64,000 bases of DNA, taken from the NCBI GenBank assembly GCA_963797385.1, contig CAWCPY010000017.1, positions 1,335 through 65,334 on the forward strand. Direction: 5' to 3'. A model generated the notes under the pieces. That model made no database searches. It was not told the origin of the DNA and worked only from the letters and a program-made list of their open reading frames with translations. Position numbers and translations under genes: made by a program. Shown here piece after piece: positions 16,924-28,386 of this stretch. Source of the DNA: Terriglobia bacterium. Its GTDB lineage: Bacteria > Acidobacteriota > Terriglobia > Terriglobales > Acidobacteriaceae. Position 1 is the stretch's first letter; each line of letters begins with the position of its first letter.

Positions 16924-17387
16924 TGTTTTCCCGCTGCCTTTTCGATTACGTCGAACGCCCGTCGAATTTCGCGCTGCACATCCTCAAACTCTGCGGTCAG
17001 GAGCGACTTCTTGGGGTTGATCACGACATCCATCGCGGCTGCAATCATGCCATGCAATCGGACCGCTTCCCGCAGGCGTCGCTTCAAGCGATTGCGCAAT
17101 ACCGCGCCGCCCAGCACCTTCCCCACCGTGAACCCGACCCGCACTCCTCCGTCACTTTCGCGGCGCGGGAGGTAAAACACGGTCATGTGGGCGGCAAAAT
17201 GCCGGCGCCCCTGTTTGTACACGCGCTCGAAATCCGCGTGCCGGAGCAAGCGCACGCTGCGCGGGAACCTGCTTCTGCCCGATCCCGACCGGTCGCCGCC
17301 GCCATTGGCCGCGAGTGAGTTCACAGCACGCCTCAACCCAGATTGCGAATCTTCCGCGAATTCCGGAAAAGGGGAAGCACTACTCAC
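16920..17387 (-). CDS. rnpA: ribonuclease P protein component
   Basis: [12 protein letters not shown] ... [13 protein letters not shown] motifs. 4-nt overlap with yidD. The non-ATG start at 17387 is uncertain. Confidence 0.8.
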   Translation of the reverse strand: MSSASPFPEFAEDSQSGLRRAVNSLAANGGGDRSGSGRSRFPRSVRLLRHADFERVYKQGRRHFAAHMTVFYLPRRESDGGVRVGFTVGKVLGGAVLRNRLKRRLREAVRLHGMIAAAMDVVINPKKSLLTAEFEDVQREIRRAFDVIEKAAGKQ

Positions 17388-17535
17388 GGAAGCCGGGTTT
17401 CACTGACACCCGCTTGCGGCCCTTGGCACGCCGCCGCGAAATTACCGCGCGGCCGGCCTTGGTCTTCATCCGCGTAAGAAATCCGTGCGTCTTCGAGCGG
17501 TGACGACGGTTAGGCTGGAATGTGCGCTTGGGCAT
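17380..17535 (-). CDS. rpmH: 50S ribosomal protein L34
   Basis: [42 protein letters not shown]. The real start is the internal Met of ORF 17380..17748. Confidence 0.92.
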   Translation of the reverse strand: MPKRTFQPNRRHRSKTHGFLTRMKTKAGRAVISRRRAKGRKRVSVKPGFRE

Positions 17536-17631
17536 GAAAAATCGCTGCTCCTGATGAACTGGGTCTCTTTTAAAGCGAATGAGAAGTATAAATGAGTGCG
17601 CGCAGCCGGGCAAACCGGGAGGCGCGGAAGA

Positions 17632-17778
17632 TGTGGGGCGGGCGAGGGCGCCCGCCGCTTTTGCAGTTGCCCTTGCTTCTGAAATTTTTCCTTTTCCCGC
17701 AGGGTCACAGGGCTGCCGGCGAGGGGTAAATCCGAAAGTCCAGATCAACAGCGGCGGGCGAGGGCGCCCGCCCTACAC
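17632..17778. repeat. GC-hairpin MITE-like element
   Basis: TGTGGGGCGGGCGAGGGCGCCCGCCGCTTTTGCAG ... CAGCGGCGGGCGAGGGCGCCCGCCCTACAC. Confidence 0.75.
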
Positions 17779-18063
17779 CGACTTCTGCACCACTCGCGCG
17801 ACAGTTATAAGTTGAACACTTGACAGGAGGATTGCTTAGGGTTCTGAATCATAGCAACGAAAAAAGTCGGCGAACAAGATTCCCGCAGACGCAAAAATTT
17901 TGTGCTAGTATGCCGGACTGATCCAGCTTACAGAAATTTTCTTGACCCAGGGCAAACGGCCAGCAATCAAGGCTCTTCTGCTGCTGGAAAATGAAAGCAT
18001 TTTGGGTTGCACAAGTTCTGATACCGGGCGCTGATCTGGCCGCAGCCCCACGAAAATTATTTT

Positions 18064-19443
18064 ATGTCTGTTCCAAGCCCAAGCCTCTCTCCCAATCCGT
18101 GGTTGCGCGTTCTGGACGCGCTGGAAAAAAAGATCAACCGGCATTCGTATGACACCTGGCTGAAGCCCACCAAGTACAGCCATTCCGCCGGACCTGTCCT
18201 TTTCGTGCGCGTGCCCACCGCAGAATTCCGCCACGTGGGCGACAAGTACGCGGACCTGATCCAGGAAGCGCTGGACAATCTTGGCCTGGAGTTCCAGGAA
18301 GTGAAGTTCGTCACGCCGGAAGACGATCCCGCCTCGACTCCCGTGCGTCACGACGGCGGACTCTCCGCCCACCTTGTTCCCGCCAGCTCGCACGCCTCCC
18401 AGTCGCGCTTTGATTGGGACGGCGCGGCGCAACTGAATCCACGCTATACCTTTGACGCATTCGTCATCGGCAGCGGAAACCAGTTCGCGCATGCCGCCTG
18501 CCAGGCGGTATCGGAACGTCCCTCGAAAGCCTATAACCCGCTCTTCCTCTATGGCGGCGTCGGCATGGGCAAGACCCACCTGATGCAGGCCATCGGCCAC
18601 GAGATCAAGCGCCGCCAGCCGCAGTCGGCCATCTGTTACGTCTCCAGCGAGAAGTTCACCAACGAAATGATCAACTCGCTGCGTTACGACAAGATGATCA
18701 GCTTCCGCGACAAGTTCCGGGGCGTGGACGTGCTGCTGGTGGACGATATCCAGTTCCTGGCCCAGAAGGAACGCACCCAGGAAGAGTTCTTCCACACCTT
18801 CAACGCGCTGCACGAGTCCATGAAGCAGATCGTGATCGCCAGCGACCGTCCTCCCAAGGAGCTGGCGGAGTTCGAGGACCGCCTGCGCAGCCGCTTCGAG
18901 TGGGGACTGATCGCTGACATCCAGCCGCCCGACCTCGAAACCAAGGTCGCCATTCTGCAGAAGAAGGCGGAGCAGGAAAAGGTCATTCTGCCCACCGACG
19001 TGGCGCTTTACATCGCTTCAAACATCCGTTCCAACGTTCGCGAACTGGAAGGCGCGCTCATCCGCCTGGTGGCGCACTCTTCCCTGATCGGCGCCGAGAT
19101 CACCCTGCCTTACACCCAGCAGGTGCTCAAAAATTTCATCGACTCCCAGGCCCGCAAGGTGACCATTGAGTCGATTCAGAAAGCCGTGGCCGAGCAATTT
19201 GGATTGCGCCTGGTGGAGATCAAGGCCAAGAACAACTCGCGCGCCATCGTCTATCCCCGGCAGATCGCGATGTATCTGGCCAAGCATCTCACCGAAGCTT
19301 CACTGCCAGAGATCGGACGCCAGTTTGGCGGCAAGCATCACACCACGGTGCTGCATTCGGTGGACAAGATCGATGTCACCCGTAAGACCGACAAGGATTT
19401 GAACAGGTTGATCAATAAAATGACCGAACAGTTGGGTGGATGA
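18064..19443 (+). CDS. dnaA: chromosomal replication initiator protein DnaA
   Basis: AAA+ Walker A GGVGMGKTHL, Walker B LLVDDIQF, and a C-terminal DNA-binding HTH (FGGKHHTTVLHS). Confidence 0.95.
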   Translation: MSVPSPSLSPNPWLRVLDALEKKINRHSYDTWLKPTKYSHSAGPVLFVRVPTAEFRHVGDKYADLIQEALDNLGLEFQEVKFVTPEDDPASTPVRHDGGLSAHLVPASSHASQSRFDWDGAAQLNPRYTFDAFVIGSGNQFAHAACQAVSERPSKAYNPLFLYGGVGMGKTHLMQAIGHEIKRRQPQSAICYVSSEKFTNEMINSLRYDKMISFRDKFRGVDVLLVDDIQFLAQKERTQEEFFHTFNALHESMKQIVIASDRPPKELAEFEDRLRSRFEWGLIADIQPPDLETKVAILQKKAEQEKVILPTDVALYIASNIRSNVRELEGALIRLVAHSSLIGAEITLPYTQQVLKNFIDSQARKVTIESIQKAVAEQFGLRLVEIKAKNNSRAIVYPRQIAMYLAKHLTEASLPEIGRQFGGKHHTTVLHSVDKIDVTRKTDKDLNRLINKMTEQLGG

Positions 19444-19460
19444 ACAGTGGCTTCAAACCG

Positions 19461-19722
19461 TATTTCCACTCAGCAGCAAAGTCTTCCTTGAGCGGCACTG
19501 TGAATCGGTTGTGGAAGGTGTGTAAGAGACGGTGACAATCGCGAGGCACGGCCAAACGATACCTTCATCTCCGCCAGTGAGTGGGCTAGTTTTCGACATG
19601 AAGGCTTGAGCGCAGAAACCGGTGGGATGCGGGTTTGGACACGATTTCCACTTTTACGACCCCTCTACTGTTACTGCTGGTTTTATAGGTTTTTATTTTG
19701 ATATAAGGGAAGTATTTAAAGT
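19461..19722. other. candidate oriC core (DnaA-box-like sites + AT-rich unwinding tract)
   Basis: TTTCCAC-type boxes at 19461-19469 (TATTTCCAC), 19509-19518 (TTGTGGAAGG, inverted) and 19643-19651 (GATTTCCAC). An AT-rich tract at 19681-19722 (TTTTATAGGTTTTTATTTTGATATAAGGGAAGTATTTAAAGT). Confidence 0.45.
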
Positions 19723-19749
19723 AGCGCCGCCTGACGGGAGATCTGGGTT

Positions 19750-20907
19750 ATGCCGGTAGAAGCTTTGGCCTCAGCCACGGGGACCGCCACCATGGAAATC
19801 ACGGTCAGCAAATTCGAACTTTTAAAAGAACTGACTGCGACCCAGGGGGTGGTGGAGCGCAAGACTACAATCCCAATCCTCTCCAACTACCTATTTGAAG
19901 CTTCGAGCGACAAGCTTTCACTCACCGCCACCGACCTCGACCTAAGCCTGCGCACGGTGTGTAACGCCAAAGTCAAGAAGGAAGGCTCCTGTACGATCCC
20001 GGCCCGCAAATTGCACGACTACGTAAAGCTGCTGCCGGACGCCGATATCACCATCAAGCTGCTGGAAAATCATTGGATCAGCATTCGCTGTGGACGGTCG
20101 AATACCAAAATGGTGGGGATGGCGCGTTCAAACTTTCCCACGCTGCCAGTGTTTCCGACCGCTGGTGTAGTGAAGATTCCCGCCCAGGTATTGCGCGCCA
20201 TGATCGCCAAAACCGGGTTCGCCATCGCCAGCGAGGAATCGCGTTATACCCTGAACGGCGCGCTCATGGTTCTGAAACCTGAGTCCATCACCATGGTGGC
20301 GACTGACGGACATCGCCTGGCCCACATCGAACGCAGCGGAGAAAAGTTCGAAGGCGTTTCCGGAGAGCTGAAAACCCTTATTCCCAAGAAAGCTATGGAC
20401 GAGCTCAAGTCTTTGCTTGATTCGACCGACGCGGAAACCATTGACTTCGCGAAAGACGAGTCCACGCTCTATTTCCGCATCGGACAGCGGCTGCTGACCT
20501 CGCGCCAACTCACGGGCCAGTTCCCCAACTACGAAGCCGTTCTTCCCAAGGACAACAACAAGAGCGTCACCCTGGCCGGCAACGAGTTGAGCGCGGCCAT
20601 CTCCCGCGTAGCCCAGTTTGCCGACGAGCGCTCGCGCGCCGTCCGCCTAAGGCTGGAGAAGGGCGAAGTCAAACTTTCCGCCTCCTCGACCGAAACCGGC
20701 GAATCCGAAGACTCGATCGAAACCGGCTACCAGGGCGATTCCCTGACGGTCGGGTTCAACGCCCAATACATTCTGGACTTCCTCAAAGCCGTCGGCGCCG
20801 GCGACGTGAAACTCGAATTCAAAGATCCCCAGTCCGCCGGCCAACTCCGCCCCGCCGACAGCGAAGACTACAAGTACCGCTACATCGTCATGCCCATGCG
20901 GATCTGA
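19750..20907 (+). CDS. dnaN: DNA polymerase III beta sliding clamp
   Basis: Typical DnaN sequence (MEITVSKFELLKEL..., ...YRYIVMPMRI). An alternative start at ATG 19792 would give 371 aa. Confidence 0.92.
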   Translation: MPVEALASATGTATMEITVSKFELLKELTATQGVVERKTTIPILSNYLFEASSDKLSLTATDLDLSLRTVCNAKVKKEGSCTIPARKLHDYVKLLPDADITIKLLENHWISIRCGRSNTKMVGMARSNFPTLPVFPTAGVVKIPAQVLRAMIAKTGFAIASEESRYTLNGALMVLKPESITMVATDGHRLAHIERSGEKFEGVSGELKTLIPKKAMDELKSLLDSTDAETIDFAKDESTLYFRIGQRLLTSRQLTGQFPNYEAVLPKDNNKSVTLAGNELSAAISRVAQFADERSRAVRLRLEKGEVKLSASSTETGESEDSIETGYQGDSLTVGFNAQYILDFLKAVGAGDVKLEFKDPQSAGQLRPADSEDYKYRYIVMPMRI

Positions 20908-20918
20908 GATACTCCCCC

Positions 20919-21053
20919 CGTGTGGGGCGGGCGCCCTCGCCCGCCGCTTTTGATCCCGACTTTTGCCACGGCAGGTTTAATGCCCAGTAACCCACATCTC
21001 CATGTCCCGAATCAACTTCAAAGGCAGCAGGCGAGGGCGCCCGCCCCACACAC
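20919..21053. repeat. GC-hairpin MITE-like element, full copy
   Basis: GTGTGGGGCGGGCGCCCTCGCCCGCCGCTTTTGATCC ... GCAGGCGAGGGCGCCCGCCCCACACAC. Confidence 0.85.
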
Positions 21054-21124
21054 AAGTCGTTCAGCTTGACCGACCCTGCGTCGACGCCGTAAATTAGCCG
21101 CCTTGCGCTTTGGAGGTTCCTTCC

Positions 21125-21541
21125 ATGCTTAGCGGCTTCAAGCAATTCATTCTTCGTGGCAATGTGGTTGACTTGGCAGTCGGCGTGGTCATCGGCGCGG
21201 CTTTTGGATCCGTGGTGACAGCTTTCACCAAGGACCTGCTTACCCCGCTCATCGCAGCCATCGTCGGCAAGCCTGACTTCTCGTCCATCAGCTTCACCGT
21301 CAATGGCACGCCGTTTCCGGTGGGCGATTTCATCAACGCCCTGGTATCGTTTTTGCTGGTCGCGGCGGCAGTATATTTCTTCGTGGTGACCCCGATCAAC
21401 GCGCTCATCGCGCGCATGCGCAAAGCTCCGGTGCCGGCCGATCCCACCACCAAGAAGTGTCCCGAATGTCTGAGCGAGATTCCCATCGACGCCCGGCGCT
21501 GCGGCTTCTGCACCCAGCCCCTGGCAGCGCGCGCCGCCTGA
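21125..21541 (+). CDS. mscL: large-conductance mechanosensitive channel MscL with C-terminal CxxC..CxxC tail
   Basis: MLSGFKQFILRGNVVDLAVGVVIGAAFG is a canonical MscL N-terminus with two TMs. The C-terminal tail is KKCPECLSEIPIDARRCGFC. Confidence 0.85.
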   Translation: MLSGFKQFILRGNVVDLAVGVVIGAAFGSVVTAFTKDLLTPLIAAIVGKPDFSSISFTVNGTPFPVGDFINALVSFLLVAAAVYFFVVTPINALIARMRKAPVPADPTTKKCPECLSEIPIDARRCGFCTQPLAARAA

Positions 21542-21626
21542 GGTAGTCGCTGCGGTTGGGCGCGAGCGTCCTCGCTCGTGCAGGGTTACGCCCTGAGGAT
21601 GAGCACTCTGACAGGAGGCACTCGCC

Positions 21627-22634
21627 ATGTCGGATCGAGTCGAAGCCAAAGCCGACCGTTACGCTTACGGCAAGAACCGTCCGGGAAATGCCAGCGTCGC
21701 TTACGTCGCCGAAACCCAGCTGCGCGACATTCAGAAGACTCTTCCACTGCGGGTGCTCTCCGAAGACGACTGGAAGCACTGGATCACACACGGCTACGTA
21801 GTAGTCAAGCAGGCCGTCCCTGCAGAAAATGTGAAGCACCTGGTGGATCTTCTGTGGGAATTTCAGGAGATGAATCCCGCCGATCCCTCCACCTGGTACA
21901 AAGACCAGCTCCGCGATCACGCCATGAAGGAGCTGAACAACAGCGGCATGGTGGAGATATACAACCACCAGTATTTGTGGGACAACCGGCAGCATCCGCG
22001 AATCTACGACGCCTTCGTCGATATATGGGACAACGAAAAGCTCTGGGTCACGATTGACCGCGCCAACCTGAATCCCCCCAATCGCAGCCAGCGCCCCTTC
22101 AGCGGCTTCATTCATTGGGACGCGGACACCACGCTTGATCCTCTGCCGGTGAACGTTCAGGGCGTGCTCTCGCTGGTCGATCATGAGCCGGAGATGGGTG
22201 GCTTTCAATGCGTGCCGGAGCTGTTTCGCACGCTCGAGGAGTGGAGAAAGACCCAGCCCGCCAATCGCGATCCGTGGAAGCCAGATACGGCCGGCTTCGA
22301 AATCGTACCGGTGATGCCCAAGGCCGGCGATCTTCTGATCTTCAACAGCCTGCTGGCGCACGGCATCCGGCCGAATGCTTCGAAAGACAAGGTTCGCATC
22401 GCGCAATACATTTCGATGACGCCGGCGGACGAATCCCGCGATGACTTGCGCGAGATACGTGTCCGCTCCTGGCGCGAAATGGAGCCGCCGCAAGGCTTCG
22501 CCTTCCCCGGTGACCCGCGGGAGTGGGAGAAGAAAAACTGTTCCCCAGCCCGCCTGACTGCGCTGGGCGAAAAACTACTCGGCTCGAAGAGTTGGAGTGT
22601 CGGACCCACGCCGGATTGGGAGAGCATGGCGTAA
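21627..22634 (+). CDS. phytanoyl-CoA dioxygenase (PhyH) family Fe(II)/2OG oxygenase
   Basis: HxD (IHWDAD) and distal His (LLAHGIRPN), with PhyH-like spacing and length. Confidence 0.6.
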   Translation: MSDRVEAKADRYAYGKNRPGNASVAYVAETQLRDIQKTLPLRVLSEDDWKHWITHGYVVVKQAVPAENVKHLVDLLWEFQEMNPADPSTWYKDQLRDHAMKELNNSGMVEIYNHQYLWDNRQHPRIYDAFVDIWDNEKLWVTIDRANLNPPNRSQRPFSGFIHWDADTTLDPLPVNVQGVLSLVDHEPEMGGFQCVPELFRTLEEWRKTQPANRDPWKPDTAGFEIVPVMPKAGDLLIFNSLLAHGIRPNASKDKVRIAQYISMTPADESRDDLREIRVRSWREMEPPQGFAFPGDPREWEKKNCSPARLTALGEKLLGSKSWSVGPTPDWESMA

Positions 22635-22656
22635 CATCAGTCATAGTTCGCTAATC

Positions 22657-23274
22657 ATGATTCGATTCCTGGCTGGCATCCTTCTGGTTTCGCTCGCGGC
22701 AGTTTCATGGGCGCAGGACAAACCGGCTCATTCGTCTTCCAAGCCCCCGGCCCGCTCGAAATCGTCGATTCCGGATCCCGGGGCCATCCGTCAGGGTGTG
22801 TACCGCAACTCAGCTTTTGAATTCAGCTACAAACTGCCCTTTGGCTGGGTGGACCGCACTGCCGAGATGCAGGACGACTCCGCCGACGCGTTTGAGTCCC
22901 AGCTGCTGCTGGCCATTTTTGAACGGCCACCGGAAGCCAGCGGCGACACGATTAATTCCGCGGTCGTGATCGCAGTTGAGCCGCTTCCCGCAGGCATGAA
23001 GGCCGAGGCCGACTATTTCGAGTCCCTGGCCGAGCTGACCACGGCCAAGGGCTTTCAGGCAGCAAACGAAGCCCACGAGCTGTCAGTCGGCACCACGAAG
23101 TTGGTGCGAGGAGACTTCATCAAGCCGAGGGGCGCGCTCACCATGCGGCAGACATCGCTGGTCCTGGTGCAGAGGAGCTACGCAATCTCGTTTACGTTCA
23201 TCGGCGGGAGCGAAGAAGAAGTGAATGAACTGATTGAGCGGCTGAGTTTCGGGACGCGAAAACCAAATCGCTGA
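22657..23274 (+). CDS. secreted hypothetical protein
   Basis: Signal peptide MIRFLAGILLVSLAAVSWAQ. No family recognised. Confidence 0.5.
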   Translation: MIRFLAGILLVSLAAVSWAQDKPAHSSSKPPARSKSSIPDPGAIRQGVYRNSAFEFSYKLPFGWVDRTAEMQDDSADAFESQLLLAIFERPPEASGDTINSAVVIAVEPLPAGMKAEADYFESLAELTTAKGFQAANEAHELSVGTTKLVRGDFIKPRGALTMRQTSLVLVQRSYAISFTFIGGSEEEVNELIERLSFGTRKPNR

Positions 23275-23305
23275 TCACCTCGCAGAACACCACGAACCTA
23301 CAAAC

Positions 23306-23508
23306 TGTCATCCTGAGCGAAGCGGAAAGTTCGCTTCGCGAACTTTCTGCGCAGTCGAAGGACCCCTATGGTGACGGCGCGCCGGAATCGCTGAGGATTT
23401 GCGTTGCGCTGGAAAAGCTCTGAGCGCATAGGTTTCTGGCGTCGTTAGGGGTCCTTCGACTTCGCACCTGCGTTCGCAAGCGAACGCGGGTGCTGCGCTC
23501 AGGATGAC
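23306..23508. repeat. inverted pair of GTCATCCTGAGCG...GAAGGACCCC-type repeat units
   Basis: TGTCATCCTGAGCGAAGCGGAAAGTTCGC..GCGAACTTTCTGCGCAGTCGAAGGACCCCTA (23306-23367) and its inverted partner TAGGGGTCCTTCGAC...GCGCTCAGGATGACA (23447-23508). Related copies lie at 28158-28222 and 61604-61722. Confidence 0.8.
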
Positions 23509-23514
23509 AAGGAA

Positions 23515-23958
23515 TTATTCCAGGGATTCCGGCTCCAGACCGATGTGCTTCTCGCCGGCGGCTTTCTTTTCCACGTACTTTTTCACCCACGCTTCCCAGC
23601 TTTTTCCAGCTGCCGTATCGCGCCCGGTGAAGGCCAGGGCGGCGATGTCCGAGTAAGCGATCATCACGCGCTGGTTGGAGGTTCGCGGAAGAACTCGCAC
23701 CAGGGATTCGGCAAGAGTGGGGCCGGTCTTACGGTCAAAAAGGTAGCCTTCGACCGTGCTTCCGTCTTTTCGCGTGATGGTGACATCCCCGCGGTAGTCG
23801 AAGGCTTTTTCCAGGGCCTGGCGGGATTCTTCTTCGGAGGCCAGCGCGGGGACCCAGCCCTCAAGCTTCTCGTGTTCCCATCCGGGAGAGACTTCGAGCG
23901 TGTCTGGCGAAGCCGCCCCAGGTTCGGGGTGCACGTGCCCGGCGGCTTTGCCGGTCAC
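23515..23958 (-). CDS. hypothetical protein translationally coupled to hpnH
   Basis: 147-aa ORF whose start overlaps the hpnH stop by 4 nt. No family recognised. Confidence 0.5.
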   Translation of the reverse strand: MTGKAAGHVHPEPGAASPDTLEVSPGWEHEKLEGWVPALASEEESRQALEKAFDYRGDVTITRKDGSTVEGYLFDRKTGPTLAESLVRVLPRTSNQRVMIAYSDIAALAFTGRDTAAGKSWEAWVKKYVEKKAAGEKHIGLEPESLE

Positions 23959-25073
23959 GCCCGGGTCTCCTCGAGCGATTCACTTGGTGTAGCAATCTGC
24001 ACCAGCGAATGAGCGGGCTCAACCGGTTCGTCCAGCAGCCGCAAAGCGCCTTCATCGCGATAGCGGTTGAACAGCGTGCCCTTCACCGTCGCGACAAAGC
24101 CCTCGAGCGAGCCAAACGTATCGTTCACCGCCGAGGCCTCATAGCCGCTGTGCACCATGCAATTCGCGCAATGCGGATTGCCCGACTCCGTGCCGTAGGA
24201 TTCCCACGCGGTTTCTCGGATCAACTCGTCGAAGGTATCAGCGTAGCCATCCTGCAGCAGATAGCAGGGCTTCTGCCAGCCGAAAATATTGTACGTGGGC
24301 ATTCCCCACGGGGTGCAGGCATAGTGCCGCTTGCCCATGAGGAATTCCATGAACAGCGGCGACAGGTTGAAGCGCCAGTCTTTTTCGCGATTGGACAAGA
24401 TTGCCCGGAACAGGCGCCGGGTGCGGGCGCGTCCCAGGAAGTGCTGCTGGTCGGGCGCTTTCTCGTAGGAGTAGCCGGGAGAGAGCATCATGCCTTCGAT
24501 GCCCAGCTCCATCATGTCGTCAAAGAAGGCGCGCACGCTCTTGGGATCGGCACCGTCAAACAGTGTGGTGTTGGTAGTGACCCGGAAGCCGCGCTTCAGG
24601 GCTTCGCGGACGGCGTCCACCGCAATGTCATAACCACCCTCGCGACAGACGGCAAAGTCGTGGTGTTCTTTCTGTCCATCCAGGTGAACGCTGAAGGTCA
24701 GATACTTGGTCGGCTTGAAGAGATGGATCTTTTCCTTCAGCAGTAAAGCATTGGTGCACAGGTAGATGTACTTCTTCCGCGCCACCAGGCCCTCGACAAT
24801 CTTGTCGATCTCGGGGTGCATGAGCGGTTCGCCGCCGGGGATCGAAACCACCGGCGCGCCGCACTCATCGACCGCCCGGAAGCACTCCTCCGGGGTCAAC
24901 TGACGCTTCAGGACGTGGGCGGGATACTGGATTTTGCCGCATCCGGCGCAGGCCAGGTTGCAGCGGAACAGCGGCTCCAGCATCAGCACCAGCGGATACT
25001 GCTTCCGACGGGCAAGCTTCTGCCGGATGACATAGCTGGCCACCGTCCACATCTGCGATACAGGCACACTCAT
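23955..25073 (-). CDS. hpnH: radical SAM adenosyl-hopene transferase HpnH
   Basis: CNLACAGC radical-SAM cluster motif. The overall sequence ([21 protein letters not shown]..., ...[11 protein letters not shown]) is typical of HpnH. The start is taken at the internal Met (MSVPVSQMW), because the upstream ORF extension runs into a repeat. Confidence 0.85.
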   Translation of the reverse strand: MSVPVSQMWTVASYVIRQKLARRKQYPLVLMLEPLFRCNLACAGCGKIQYPAHVLKRQLTPEECFRAVDECGAPVVSIPGGEPLMHPEIDKIVEGLVARKKYIYLCTNALLLKEKIHLFKPTKYLTFSVHLDGQKEHHDFAVCREGGYDIAVDAVREALKRGFRVTTNTTLFDGADPKSVRAFFDDMMELGIEGMMLSPGYSYEKAPDQQHFLGRARTRRLFRAILSNREKDWRFNLSPLFMEFLMGKRHYACTPWGMPTYNIFGWQKPCYLLQDGYADTFDELIRETAWESYGTESGNPHCANCMVHSGYEASAVNDTFGSLEGFVATVKGTLFNRYRDEGALRLLDEPVEPAHSLVQIATPSESLEETRA

Positions 25074-25135
25074 GCTGAACTGGGATCTCCCTGCCAATAT
25101 GCTATCAGGTCGGGCCGATCTCGTGCGCTGACAAT

Positions 25136-25293
25136 GTAGGCGCGGGCGCCCCCGCCCGTGCAAGGGGCACCACGAGCCGCGTGGGGACAGCCGCTTCCGG
25201 CTGTCCAGCGGAGCAAAGCTCCGCTAGTGTGCTCGCCAACCCCCGTCGAGTTGCGCTCGACTGGACAGCCGAGGGCGGCTGTCCCCACGCGGC
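25136..25293. repeat. GC hairpin (GTAGGCGCGGGCGCCCCCGCCCGTGCAAGG) plus full four-hairpin REP-like element
   Basis: CGCGTGGGGACAGCCGCTTCCGGCTGTCC AGCGGAGCAAAGCTCCGC ... GTCGAGTTGCGCTCGAC TGGACAGCCGAGGGCGGCTGTCCCCACGCGG. Confidence 0.85.
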
Positions 25294-25402
25294 TTTTGGC
25301 TGCATTTACCGGCCCGGTTCGGGGGTCGAAAAATGCTGTTTCTCGTGCTACAATTGGCTACAACCTCGGAAGCCGTAAGTGTTAATAATTTCAGTAATTT
25401 GA

Positions 25403-28096
<2,694 letters not shown>

Positions 28097-28102
28097 AAGT
28101 TT

Positions 28103-28222
28103 GTGTGGGGCGGGCGCCCTCGCCCGCCAATTCCAGGTGTATGGATCCGATAAGCAGGTAGGGGTCCTTCGACTGCGCAGAAAGTTCGCGCGGCGAACTT
28201 TCTGCTCCGCTCAGGATGACAT
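28103..28222. repeat. GC hairpin unit plus GGGGTCCTTCGAC...CTCAGGATGACA unit
   Basis: GTGTGGGGCGGGCGCCCTCGCCCGCC (28103-28128) and GTAGGGGTCCTTCGACTGCGCAGAAAGTTCGCGCGGCGAACTTTCTGCTCCGCTCAGGATGACA (28158-28222). Confidence 0.8.
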
Positions 28223-28386
28223 TACTGCTGTCGGTTACCAGTGGTTACCTCCGTGCTCTCTGTGTCCTCCGTGGTTAAAAACTCCCTGCAAGTTTCCCCT
28301 TGCCCCGCGTTCTTCCCATAGGACGGGAAAGCCTCCTCCTTCCCGCTCACTGAAAACGCTCATTTTGAGAACAAGGGGAAACGACA

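Noticed and set aside
17536-18063. The rpmH-dnaA spacer as the replication origin.
   Set aside because: I could not find DnaA-box-like 9-mers or a clear AT-rich unwinding tract there. Most of it is a GC-hairpin repeat and probable dnaA promoter sequence (for example TGcTAGTAT at 17903-17911). The dnaA-dnaN spacer is the better candidate.
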